Positions 36,314 through 44,992 of a stretch of DNA of 58,194 nucleotides are shown in pieces. The notes under the pieces are model-generated. The model did not search any database, was not told the DNA's origin, and saw only the letters and a program-made list of their open reading frames with translations. Source of the DNA: a virus (Duplodnaviria > Caudoviricetes). The first letter of the stretch is position 1, and every line of letters starts with the position of its first letter. A program made the position numbers and the translations under genes. Location of the stretch: the IMG/VR virus record IMGVR_UViG_3300009466_000003, positions 1 through 58,194 of that record, one strand, 5' to 3'.

Positions 36314-36564
36314 ACGAGCATCATATCCTCTGCATCGTAGAGTTGGCCCAGATCGCGGAAATGTTCCAAGATCTTCCCCATCAACTCGTTAGAGATAACG
36401 TCTTCGATATCGATAAAGAATCGGCGTTCCAGTTGTTTGACTTCGGCCACGCTCAGAGTCAACTCAATATTATTTGAATCGTTCCAGACTGTGACCCGTC
36501 CCCTGCAACGCTTTTCGGCGTTGAGGCCAGCTTTAGTTATGTGGTGATGCGTCACGGTCAGCAA
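36310..36564 (-). CDS. Hypothetical protein
   Basis: ORF track, TTG start. Confidence 0.5.
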   Translation of the reverse strand: MLTVTHHHITKAGLNAEKRCRGRVTVWNDSNNIELTLSVAEVKQLERRFFIDIEDVISNELMGKILEHFRDLGQLYDAEDMMLV

Positions 36565-36874
36565 ACAATCAGAAGATTATTCTTCATCCAATCTTTGCTG
36601 ATTCCTTTTTCAACAAGACGATTGGTGATGGCTTTCTTGATTTGTTTTTCGCGCTGCGAAGCGCCCGACTTTTTACTTTTGGTTTTCTGTTTCATGGTGT
36701 TGTTTATTGGATAGCCAGTTGTCTAACTGGCGGTAGGCTACAAGACGTTCCATCCAATTAGCTTTGGTGCTGAACTGGATACCCCGCGCTAATAGCGAAG
36801 GTTGTTGTTTCGGGGTTCCCCGCAACCAGAGCATGATGTCATGCCACAGATCGCGGATAAATCTTACTTGTTCT

Positions 36875-37093
36875 TTAGACATAGGAATCCTCCTGACGTT
36901 GGCATTCCTCGCGGATTGCCGCCAGATCTTCGACATAGGGCAAACATCCAAGGTGGATACAGGCATCCAATACTTGGGCGTCCCCGAACTCGTTGCAGAT
37001 GTTGAACAAGGGACGGGACTGGTAGGTCTTGCCGTTAAGCTTTATACCTTCCCAGAATTCCCAATGGTCGTTGCCCAGTGCATCAGTCCACAT
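36875..37093 (-). CDS. Hypothetical early protein
   Basis: ORF in the packed early operon. Confidence 0.5.
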   Translation of the reverse strand: MWTDALGNDHWEFWEGIKLNGKTYQSRPLFNICNEFGDAQVLDACIHLGCLPYVEDLAAIREECQRQEDSYV

Positions 37094-37289
37094 GGCAGAC
37101 CTCCGTTTCCTTGATCATGCGGTAGGCTTTTATGGTGTCGCGGATATCGTCGCGTCTCCATTTTCTGACCAGACCGAAGTCTGATTGGTTGCGGGATTTG
37201 AGTCCGTTGCGGATGGCACGGGACAAGACCGCATCCATCAACATCAGGTTTTCCAGTGAGGGTTTAAACTTTCCGATTTTAGTTTTCAT
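37083..37289 (-). CDS. Hypothetical early protein
   Basis: MKT start, ATGA-coupled. Confidence 0.6.
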   Translation of the reverse strand: MKTKIGKFKPSLENLMLMDAVLSRAIRNGLKSRNQSDFGLVRKWRRDDIRDTIKAYRMIKETEVCHVD

Positions 37290-37468
37290 ATGTATTGTTC
37301 TCCGCGCACGTTGTAGAGGTTTGCCATCTTGCGGCGTAAGCGAATGCGCTTTTTGATATCTTTCCGAAACTCAGGGTTGCGGATGAATGGCTTGTGGTAG
37401 TGGTTAACGAGCAACAAGCAGGACATGAGCATGACTTGCTCATCCATTGTTAGTTCGACTGTTTTCAT
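37286..37468 (-). CDS. Hypothetical early protein
   Basis: MKT start with CACC context. Confidence 0.6.
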   Translation of the reverse strand: MKTVELTMDEQVMLMSCLLLVNHYHKPFIRNPEFRKDIKKRIRLRRKMANLYNVRGEQYI

Positions 37469-37722
37469 GGTGGTATTTGATTAGACAGTGTGTTAGGGGT
37501 TTTGTTCAATGAAATCTTCATGGTCTATCCACGATTTTCCTGCCGAAGAAGGCGAGCAACCCGCGCCCGAAGCAGACAAACCTTGGGTTCCGCCGCCCCT
37601 AACCAATAAGGAAAAGCAAGCCCTCAAGTTTGCCATGATTCGGAACAGACCTGACCGCAAGGGACGGGGAGCCAGACGGCGAGCAGGGGAGAAGAAGTGG
37701 GCAACAAAAGGCAAATAGTTTT

Positions 37723-38013
37723 TCATGCGGTTCTCCAGATGCGGATGGTTTTCCCCTTGTCACCCTGCCAAGGGCGCGGCCAGATCGTCCGCAAAGTAAA
37801 TCTTTTTCCAGTTGATTTTTGATGGCGTTGCATGATGGCCCGAAGCTTGTTTGGGTTTTGCTCGTTCAGGTCTCTCGGCCAATCCATAGCCTGACCAACC
37901 TCCAAAACTTTGAGCATTTCATGGAGGGGATGCTTCATGGTGGGAAAGGATCGGACTTTCGCGGGGATCGGCAAATCATCCCACACCCACACTTTGACCA
38001 GACGGCGAGGCAT
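37723..38013 (-). CDS. Small DNA-binding-like protein
   Basis: PIP...HPLHEMLKVLEVGQ...KRFTLR...IRIWRTA pattern. Confidence 0.55.
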   Translation of the reverse strand: MPRRLVKVWVWDDLPIPAKVRSFPTMKHPLHEMLKVLEVGQAMDWPRDLNEQNPNKLRAIMQRHQKSTGKRFTLRTIWPRPWQGDKGKTIRIWRTA

Positions 38014-38345
38014 TAGAGGTCTCTTTCGTCGCGGGCATCCCGCATATCGCGGGCAATGTCGCAGAGATTGTCTTCTGTATAGGTTTGGATCTCATCCCAC
38101 AGGGCTTGATCAATAGCCTCTGTAAGCTCTGGATGGCCCGTGACGATGACTTTTTCGATAGTCCGCCCCTCGTAGTCCAGCGGCATATTCTCGCCGTCTA
38201 GAGGGGCAACCTCCGCTTTGGTGATCTCCAGCCCACAGGGTTCAGGGTCTTCCTCGCATCGGAAGGAAACGTCCGCCTCGACAAAGGCATAGAACAGTTG
38301 GTCTCCGATTGAGAACTCTTTGTCTATTTCGATTGAGTAGCTCAC
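38013..38345 (-). CDS. Acidic hypothetical early protein
   Basis: GTG start coupled to the stop of the histone-fold gene. Confidence 0.55.
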   Translation of the reverse strand: MSYSIEIDKEFSIGDQLFYAFVEADVSFRCEEDPEPCGLEITKAEVAPLDGENMPLDYEGRTIEKVIVTGHPELTEAIDQALWDEIQTYTEDNLCDIARDMRDARDERDL

Positions 38346-38521
38346 AGCGTTTTTCCTTTCGATGGGGCTGAAGTGACGACAGCCTTGCAAGCCGCTCGCG
38401 CTGCTGCCTCGACTCTGTCGATAGCTTCCTGACTGACTCTGGAAAACTTGTGGGCGCGGTTAGCCTCCGCGAATTCCAGAATGAATTTTTTGACTTTGGA
38501 TTTGTTGATCAGTGTGTTCAT
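38342..38521 (-). CDS. Histone-fold protein (bacterial type, lacking alpha3), 59 aa
   Basis: LINKSKVKKFI (alpha1), SRVSQEAIDRV (L1/alpha2), KGKTL (L2); pattern as I recall it for Bdellovibrio Bd0055-type histones. Confidence 0.7.
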   Translation of the reverse strand: MNTLINKSKVKKFILEFAEANRAHKFSRVSQEAIDRVEAAARAACKAVVTSAPSKGKTL

Positions 38522-38691
38522 GGTGTGGTTTTGTTTTTGCAGATTGTGACCAGCATTTCTTGGGTAATCCTTGTCCCGCATGGGGCAAGGTATTCCATCT
38601 CGACTGACGGGAAATCGGGGCTAGTCACCCTTTTCCCATCGAACAGGCAAGGCACTTGCTCGCCTGCAATATTCAACGTGATTGTTTTCAT
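38518..38691 (-). CDS. 57-aa early protein (MKTITLNIAGEQVPC...; not in ORF track)
   Basis: ATGA-coupled on both sides. Confidence 0.55.
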   Translation of the reverse strand: MKTITLNIAGEQVPCLFDGKRVTSPDFPSVEMEYLAPCGTRITQEMLVTICKNKTTP

Positions 38692-39254
38692 TGGTCGTTT
38701 CCGCTCATCATTTTCCAGATCAGGAGATCCGCATCCGCTAGTGACAGATTCGGATAACTTTGCCCGATAAGGGTGATGGCTTGCTTTTCTAGTTCCTCAT
38801 ACCGCTTGCCTGACGGGGTTTGTTTCGGGGTTTTGATCCCGTGAACCTCGCGCATCCAGCGGAGAATGTGAACATCCAGCACAGCACCTTTGTGATCGGG
38901 GCGGGAATGCAGAAGAAACATATTCGCCGTCTTCAGCCCGATCCCGTGGACGGCAAGCAAATCCGCCATCGTGCAAGTGCGAAGGTTAAGCTTCATCACT
39001 CCCCGTATGGCAGGAATAATCCTCCCGTATTGTCCAACCCTCCAGAAACGAAGGTGATCTTCCAGCGGGATGCGGGACAGGAAATCAAACGGGGATTCGT
39101 TTTCCTTGGCCTCGCCCAACACCTTGCCGATCAGGTTGGCAGTGGTCAGTGCGTTTTTGCTGGCAACCGCAATCGAAAAGATTGCTAGTGCCTCCAATTC
39201 CGCATCAGTGCGATTGAAATTAGTGAGTTGCTTGGGATCGATTAACTGTTTCAT
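38688..39254 (-). CDS. HhH-GPD superfamily DNA glycosylase/lyase (Ogg-like)
   Basis: LLAVHGIGLKTANMFL HhH motif, AVLDVHILRW catalytic Asp, YEELE, DLLIW. Confidence 0.8.
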   Translation of the reverse strand: MKQLIDPKQLTNFNRTDAELEALAIFSIAVASKNALTTANLIGKVLGEAKENESPFDFLSRIPLEDHLRFWRVGQYGRIIPAIRGVMKLNLRTCTMADLLAVHGIGLKTANMFLLHSRPDHKGAVLDVHILRWMREVHGIKTPKQTPSGKRYEELEKQAITLIGQSYPNLSLADADLLIWKMMSGNDQ

Positions 39255-39258
39255 GGTG

Positions 39259-39465
39259 TTATCGGATTCCGAATGCTTCAGGTTTCGCGGCATAGAAGGC
39301 AAACGCATCCCGCAAGCGGTAACGCTCCAGAATGCGCGTAATCTTGTCCATGCGCGGATGGATTTTGGCATACTCGTAGAGTGCCAGTTTCAGGGCGCGG
39401 CATTTCATCATGGATTGATCCAATCCGAAATGCTTTGCTGCTTGGATTTTGTCGGTTTGTTTCAT
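39259..39465 (-). CDS. Hypothetical early protein
   Basis: ACACC-ATG start context. Confidence 0.55.
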   Translation of the reverse strand: MKQTDKIQAAKHFGLDQSMMKCRALKLALYEYAKIHPRMDKITRILERYRLRDAFAFYAAKPEAFGIR

Positions 39466-39537
39466 GGTGTTTTGATCGGGGAAGGTTCCCCCTGCTATCC
39501 TCCCGCCCGAATTGACGGGAGGACAGACGGGACAACC

Positions 39538-40581
39538 CTAGTTCAGGGCAGTGGCGAGCGTGACTCGCGCACCTAGTTCTTCCAGTGCCTCGCGGCGATT
39601 GGAATCGCGGATCAGGGTGAGGAAGCGTTCTTTATGCTCCGCCGCCGAACCGAATTCCGAACGATAAGTTTTGACCAGTGAGGTTCCAGTTTTTCCGACT
39701 CCATCCCCGTGGGTATAGAATTCGGTGACTCCATTGACAAGATCGTAGAGAGTCTCTCCACGATTGCCCTTGCCCGTGCGAAACGTCGAGACGATGCCGT
39801 CCACAGTGTTTGCCGTGCGCGTAGCGAATTCGGTATTTCCGCCCTGCAAACGGGAGAAATATCCGTTGATGATGCGCCGTGCTTTCACGATATCGCATTT
39901 GATCCCCGCCAGATGCGCGAGTGCCTCGACCATGTCGGTTTGCTTGTTCCGCATGGCGACGAGGATTTCGGGCAAGGCGTCGAGTTGCATATCGGCGTTT
40001 TTGGTATGGAATATCTTTACCTTAACGTCCGATGAATCGATGGATGCGCGGACAGTGTTCCAGCAGACTTGTCGGAATCCGCAAATCGTGGAGACCAGAG
40101 CATCAGTGCCATCGTGGGAGGTTGCAAGGTTAAGGTAGAACGTCCAGCGATCCCCCTCGCGCAATTCCACTTCGTAGCTTTGTGCCTGTTGCAGGGAGAT
40201 GAAGAACGAGCGACCCCTTCGGACTGTTCCAGCGGTCACGATTTCGGCGTCGAGTCCGAAATTTTCAATTGCGTTTTTCACCGCATTGAAAACCTCACGA
40301 TTGGAAATGACCCGATAGTCTTTCCCCATGATGGAAAGCGGAACAAGTTGCTCCCCTTGGGGAATGTCATCGCGAAAGCGATAGTCCGCCACGATTGCTT
40401 TTTTATTTTCCAGCGAGACTTGCTCGCCATCGATGTTCACCGCGATTTCGCCCTCGACCATGCGGGGCATAATGGGGGTGATGGTTTCTTCGTTTATGAC
40501 AGGAGTCACGATAGCTTTCCCGTGCCATTCGCGGGAAACCTTGCTGTAGACCTTGTCAACTGTTGCGTCGATCATATCCAT
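39538..40581 (-). CDS. DUF932/DUF945 family protein
   Basis: WHG, YRVISNREVF, TAGTVRRG, TSHDG, RQVCWNT, HTKN, TLYDLVNGVTEFYTH. Confidence 0.85.
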   Translation of the reverse strand: MDMIDATVDKVYSKVSREWHGKAIVTPVINEETITPIMPRMVEGEIAVNIDGEQVSLENKKAIVADYRFRDDIPQGEQLVPLSIMGKDYRVISNREVFNAVKNAIENFGLDAEIVTAGTVRRGRSFFISLQQAQSYEVELREGDRWTFYLNLATSHDGTDALVSTICGFRQVCWNTVRASIDSSDVKVKIFHTKNADMQLDALPEILVAMRNKQTDMVEALAHLAGIKCDIVKARRIINGYFSRLQGGNTEFATRTANTVDGIVSTFRTGKGNRGETLYDLVNGVTEFYTHGDGVGKTGTSLVKTYRSEFGSAAEHKERFLTLIRDSNRREALEELGARVTLATALN

Positions 40582-40672
40582 GATGTTTTGTTTTCTATTT
40601 GTGTTTTGTGGTGTTTTGTTCGCCGCCCCTTGTCACCCTCATTTGAGGAACAGAGTTTGTCGAACGAAAATG

Positions 40673-40700
40673 AATTTATTCGGGGAAGCTTGTTTGTCAA
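40673..40700 (-). promoter_or_regulatory. Early sigma70-like promoter
   Basis: Minus strand TTGACA-16-TAAATT. Confidence 0.55.
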
Positions 40701-40720
40701 ATGTTTTTTTTCGCATCCCA

Positions 40721-41128
40721 TCAAAAAAGTTTTCGGGCAATGATTCCACGGGAAAAGACAGGTTGCGGCTTGCACCTTGTCACCATTGTAAGCGGGTATC
40801 CGAATTTGCCGCCCCGCTTAAATCCGAATTTGCTTTTGTCACCTACTTGATGCCGCGCAAAATCGGCGGAAAATTCCGCTTTTGTTCTGTAAAATACAGG
40901 TTCCCCGATCACCGCGAAACCGACAAGCATTGCCTGCCCCTTCCCTGTCCGAATTAGTCCGACACGCTGGCCGATATAGGGGCGGAGGGAATTCGTTCGC
41001 CTCGTTTCAATTGTTTTTTGTCCCGTCAGGATTTGATCGGTGAAGGGTTGCGCGGAGTCATTAATGTTTACGCCCCTTGTCACCTTGTCACGGGAGCCTG
41101 ATTTTGTGATGGATTGTCGGAGGGTCAC
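40721..41128 (-). CDS. ASCH (PUA-like) domain protein
   Basis: QPFTDQILTGQKTIETR (GxKxxExR); start uncertain. Confidence 0.75.
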   Translation of the reverse strand: MTLRQSITKSGSRDKVTRGVNINDSAQPFTDQILTGQKTIETRRTNSLRPYIGQRVGLIRTGKGQAMLVGFAVIGEPVFYRTKAEFSADFARHQVGDKSKFGFKRGGKFGYPLTMVTRCKPQPVFSRGIIARKLF

Positions 41129-41227
41129 GATAGCGGGGAGGGAATAAAAATGGCTCAGAGGGGCTTTTAAAGCGCAAAAATCGGGGGGATTGGCGGGGAT
41201 TGGACCCGCCCGCCCCTTGTCACTCTG

Positions 41228-41683
41228 TTAGACTTCAGCGGGGAAGCTTTCCTCAAATTGCCCCGCATAATCCTCCCGCGAGCATTTCGCCCTGACAATG
41301 GCATTGTGCATTGCGTTGCGCTTGTCAATCGCGTTGTCGAATTTGATATTTAACTTGTCATATTCCTTGGCAAGATATTGCGCGGTTTCGGATTCCCCGC
41401 CCGCATAGTCTTCCGCAAGGGCGATTGCCCCCCCCGCAAGCTTCATTGCCTCAAAGAATAGTTCACGCACGGCGGAATCCCCTTGCGGCATTTGTTCAGG
41501 ATTTACGAAATGCGCGGGAGTGTTTTCTCCGCCGCCCAACGTCTCGCAAGTGCGATTTCCCGCCGCATCGATGAACATTGCGCGACCTTCCGCGAATCCA
41601 TCATGGCGGACAGATTCGCCGCAATTGATACAGGTATGCGCGGCGGATTCCCCGCGCCCGTTTTCGGTGTTTGGTGTTGTCAT
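41228..41683 (-). CDS. Hypothetical early protein
   Basis: ACACC-ATG start; CxxC near the N-terminus. Confidence 0.6.
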   Translation of the reverse strand: MTTPNTENGRGESAAHTCINCGESVRHDGFAEGRAMFIDAAGNRTCETLGGGENTPAHFVNPEQMPQGDSAVRELFFEAMKLAGGAIALAEDYAGGESETAQYLAKEYDKLNIKFDNAIDKRNAMHNAIVRAKCSREDYAGQFEESFPAEV

Positions 41684-41745
41684 GGTGTTTTTATGGGTTT
41701 CCCCGTGCGCCCCGCGACCATAGCCGCGAGGCGAGGCGGGAAAGC

Positions 41746-42456
41746 CTAGATTTGGACAACGAATCCTGACAGATCCTTTCGCGCTTTGCCCTTGGCCTTA
41801 AGCCCGACAACGCATCCGCGAGGATCTAGAAAGCGCAAATCGGACTCATCCCCATCCACTACGGGCTTGCCCTGATAGCTTTCGGGAAGCTTGGCAGAGG
41901 AAAAGACGATTGCGACATTCCCCCCGCTGCCAAGGATGGAAAGCGCAACCTGCCCGTTATCCTCTGACCTGCTGAAGGTCAGTTGATAGTTTGACGGCAT
42001 TTTCCCTTCAAGATAAGCCGCAATCCGATTCGGATTTTTGGTGTAATCGTAAAACTGAATCGCGGGGAATCGTTCCATGATGTTGGCAAAGCTTCCGCAT
42101 GGGATTTTTTCCCACGGGAGATCACTTGTCCCATTTAAACGGACGCATGGAGTCATGCCCGCTTTGCTGGCCTTTTTGACAAGCCGCGCAACATCCCCCG
42201 CGAGGGTTTCCATGAATGCGGAGCGGTCTTGAACGAATGCCAGCGTCTTTGCAACGCGAGCGGAGCGGACATTATCAAACGCCCCGCGCCCCGCCGTGAA
42301 TAGGCAAGCCGCCGCGCATCCTGCTGACGCATGGGGGCAAACGTTAATCGCTCCCGATTCTTTAACGGGGGCAAGGTAGAGAATGCCCGTCAGGAATCCC
42401 TTGGCCTGCCCTTTGATTGTTTTTGCGTTGGTGTCGATTGATAGGAGTGTTTTCAT
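41746..42456 (-). CDS. GP88 family (radical-SAM-like) protein
   Basis: CPHASAGCAAACL, RLNGTSD, QFYDYTK, LTFSRSE, DGDESDLRFLDP, VGLKAKG; alternative start 42516. Confidence 0.8.
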   Translation of the reverse strand: MKTLLSIDTNAKTIKGQAKGFLTGILYLAPVKESGAINVCPHASAGCAAACLFTAGRGAFDNVRSARVAKTLAFVQDRSAFMETLAGDVARLVKKASKAGMTPCVRLNGTSDLPWEKIPCGSFANIMERFPAIQFYDYTKNPNRIAAYLEGKMPSNYQLTFSRSEDNGQVALSILGSGGNVAIVFSSAKLPESYQGKPVVDGDESDLRFLDPRGCVVGLKAKGKARKDLSGFVVQI

Positions 42457-42512
42457 TGGTGTTGGTGTTGGTGTTGGAGTATTGCCCCCTACGGGGAAGA
42501 TCTCAATCTTTT

Positions 42513-42647
42513 TCATTTGCTTTTGACAAGCTGAATAGATGAGAATCCTACGGAAGCAATGCGCCAGCCGCGAGCGCATAGCGTTTCCGCCCGTTTCAGG
42601 TCTTTTTCGTTTCGTATCTGTAACGTTTTGTATTTTGTTGTTTTCAT
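42513..42647 (-). CDS. 44-aa early protein (MKTTKYKTLQ...; not in ORF track)
   Basis: MKT start; stop overlaps an ATG in the GP88 frame. Confidence 0.45.
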   Translation of the reverse strand: MKTTKYKTLQIRNEKDLKRAETLCARGWRIASVGFSSIQLVKSK

Positions 42648-42654
42648 GGATGGG

Positions 42655-42846
42655 TTAGTGTTGAGAAAAAAACTTGACTAGGCAAAGCCCGAAAAAAGGA
42701 CTCATCCCCGCTACGCAAACAAGCGCAAAGGGCGAAGCTTCCTTGAATTCCCGACAGATCCCGCGAACGTAGAAAGCAAAGCGGGATGGATTACGAATGA
42801 TGCAACGCGCATGAAGCGCAATGCGGTGAGATGATGGATTGATCAT
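42655..42846 (-). CDS. Hypothetical early protein
   Basis: ORF track; hydrophobic C-terminus. Confidence 0.45.
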   Translation of the reverse strand: MINPSSHRIALHARCIIRNPSRFAFYVRGICREFKEASPFALVCVAGMSPFFGLCLVKFFSQH

Positions 42847-43009
42847 AGGTCAAAATATGAATGAACGAACGTCCAGAGGATAAGGAAAGATCCGAAAAGA
42901 ATCATTCCGTTGATGAATGTGTCGGTGATTTGCATATGTGTTTTAGGTGTTGCGGGATTGTCTCCCCTACTCCCCGCGAGACTTGGCCCACGGGGAGACG
43001 GGGAAGCAA

Positions 43010-43411
43010 TCAGGAATATTGCCGCAATCCCTCAAAGCTAACAAGAGCGGGAAGGATGTTGAACATGGTGAAGAATTGCGAGACAGTGTCAGGCAATCTG
43101 TCCCAACCTTCATTCATGTTCGGGCCTCCGCCGCATTGCTTGCCCCAAGTGAATTGAGTGTAGGAAGAACCCCAATTAACTTTTTCCCCCCCCCAATCCT
43201 CAATGATGCCCTTCTTAACAAGTGAAGATACAACGCCCGAAACCTGATTGCGCTCCATGATCTTTGCATCTATCAGGTCATCAATGAATCCGAAATCATG
43301 GCCGTTGCCCTCTGCACTATCGAAAAGAACGTGCATTGCTTTGGTTTCTAGTTCGGTCAAACGCACGGCGGAAATCCCCGCGCCCGTCATGTTTTCAGTG
43401 GTGTTTTCCAT
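43010..43411 (-). CDS. Winged-helix-like protein, first early gene
   Basis: LTELE...NQVSGVVSSLVKKGII MarR-type pattern; ATG 43411 directly after a promoter. Confidence 0.6.
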   Translation of the reverse strand: MENTTENMTGAGISAVRLTELETKAMHVLFDSAEGNGHDFGFIDDLIDAKIMERNQVSGVVSSLVKKGIIEDWGGEKVNWGSSYTQFTWGKQCGGGPNMNEGWDRLPDTVSQFFTMFNILPALVSFEGLRQYS

Positions 43412-43421
43412 AACGAGAAAA

Positions 43422-43450
43422 AAAATAAGGCGGGGACCGAAAAAGCACAA
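43422..43450 (-). promoter_or_regulatory. First early promoter, near-leaderless
   Basis: Minus strand TTGTGC-17-TATTTT ending 10 nt before the ATG. Confidence 0.55.
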
Positions 43451-44167
43451 GGAATATTTTCAATTGATTTTTGGCAATGCTAATTGGAATAATTCCAAAT
43501 AAGAATTGACGGACTGCGGGAGAACAACGCATCAACATATCCGCATATGATGATATGTCCCAAGGCGGGGGACGCTAGGTCAAACGTCCGCATGAAATGC
43601 GGGGAAGGGAATTGCGGGAGATAGTTTCCCGCTAGGGTTGGCAATGGGCTATTGTCTCCCCTAGTAGGTTGGGAAAGGGTTGGTCATGTTTCGGGATTTG
43701 GCCCTAGCTCCTCTGTCGGTTGTCGGCGTTGAGTAGTCCCGAAAAATGGAAAGTCTCGCCACAGGGCCGTATAAGCGGACAATCACCTATCAAATCAGGT
43801 GATCGGGGCGGGATGGGCATGACAACTGAGAGCCAGCTATCAGCCCTGACAGGGGGACGGGACAGAGGCGAGCGGACAGTGGAACAGCGTAGCGAGCGGG
43901 GACAGCTAGGGGCGGGAGCCTAGCGCGGTGAGCCTGACAGCCTGACGGGAACCTAGCGGACCAGCATGATAACAGCCTCGCACAGCGGACCCCCACCACA
44001 CCCGTCTTACCCCCACACCTTCGTCAGCGCGAACACGTTGCGCTGGAAAAATACCCCCTCTCAAAAATTTTCTGTGCAAAAGTAATCCGTCAACAGATTA
44101 TTTTCTACCCCTCCACCCCCATCTCTTCTATTTTCGGAGACTCCCCCTACCCCCCATTCAAGGGACG
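43451..44167. other. Non-coding spacer, probable genome terminus/packaging region
   Basis: No credible ORF; purine-rich GACAG repeats then C-tracts and A/T tracts; directly upstream of the early genes. Confidence 0.5.
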
Positions 44168-44479
44168 TTAGCCCGTCTCAAATTTTTGATATCTGAATGT
44201 TTCGGGCTTGTAGCGTTTTCTCAAGTATTCTGGGAGTGGTGCTTTTTGTGGTCTTTTGGTCTTTAGGCGATATAGGTCTAGGTATATGCCTTGGAACATG
44301 TGTTCGGCGCATTTGGGGCAAAAGGACATGTTTTGCCGCCCCATCCAATGGATAAAGGGGAAGGTTAGTTCTTTTCCGCAGCAGAAGCAGCCTTCGTCTG
44401 TGTTTGTAACGTCTAGCTCAGAGTTTGTTACCTCTCCTGTGAATGGGCGTATGGATTTTTCTTTGGTTATTAGGCTCAT
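44168..44479 (-). CDS. Zinc-finger-like protein
   Basis: CFCC...CPKC. Confidence 0.55.
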   Translation of the reverse strand: MSLITKEKSIRPFTGEVTNSELDVTNTDEGCFCCGKELTFPFIHWMGRQNMSFCPKCAEHMFQGIYLDLYRLKTKRPQKAPLPEYLRKRYKPETFRYQKFETG

Positions 44480-44552
44480 AGTGTGTTGGTATGGTTGCGG
44501 GATTTGGTCTGATCTATGCCCGTGGATGGGCCGTAATTGCGTTTTAATGGGC

Positions 44553-44810
44553 CTAGGAGGCGTCTTCTAGGAAGATTGGGGTCTGCTCCCCGACATAGCT
44601 TCCAATGACGTTGTAGTCGAAATATTCGTAGGCTTGTTCTTCGTCCATACCCTGCTCCATGAAGTATTGGATGGCCTTCTTCTTGGAGTAGATAGCTATC
44701 GGGGTGTTGAATTGATAGCCTATTCCAATAAAGGCTTCTTCTAGTCCGTCTGCCAGTAAGAAGGATTCTTCTCTATCTTTTAGGATTAGGTCTGCTTCGG
44801 TGGTGGTCAT
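44553..44810 (-). CDS. Conserved-looking small phage protein
   Basis: ADGLEEAFIG...AYEYFDYNVIGSYVGEQTPIF. Confidence 0.7.
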   Translation of the reverse strand: MTTTEADLILKDREESFLLADGLEEAFIGIGYQFNTPIAIYSKKKAIQYFMEQGMDEEQAYEYFDYNVIGSYVGEQTPIFLEDAS

Positions 44811-44992
44811 GTGGTTTCGGGCTTGGTCTCAACTGGCCCCAAGACTATGGGTTGTTTGAGCATAAATGGCTTGTGGTGGGCTTTTCTGCTGGTTGGCTTC
44901 CTCCGATAGCCTACGAGGCATAAAGACTCGTCTAGGACGTTGTAGATGGGGAGTAGCCTTCCTTGCTTTAGGAGTTTGTTTAAGTCTCTCAT
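44807..44992 (-). CDS. Hypothetical protein
   Basis: ATGA-coupled. Confidence 0.5.
   Translation of the reverse strand: MRDLNKLLKQGRLLPIYNVLDESLCLVGYRRKPTSRKAHHKPFMLKQPIVLGPVETKPETT

Larger units (their letters stand above)
40624..41223. repeat. Dispersed CGCCCCTTGTCAC repeats
   Basis: Exact 13-mer at 40624, 41071 and 41211; partial copies at 40775, 40836, 41083 and 37753. Confidence 0.7.

Noticed and set aside
37509-37718. Plus-strand 69-aa ORF within the minus-strand early region
   Set aside because: Plausible gene, but no motif or clear promoter, and a competing minus-strand ORF (37493-37726) covers the same bases
42457-42475. (TGGTGT)x3 microsatellite as a phase-variation switch
   Set aside because: Only three units, and a 6-nt unit preserves frame; it matches the ordinary ACACCA start-context motif
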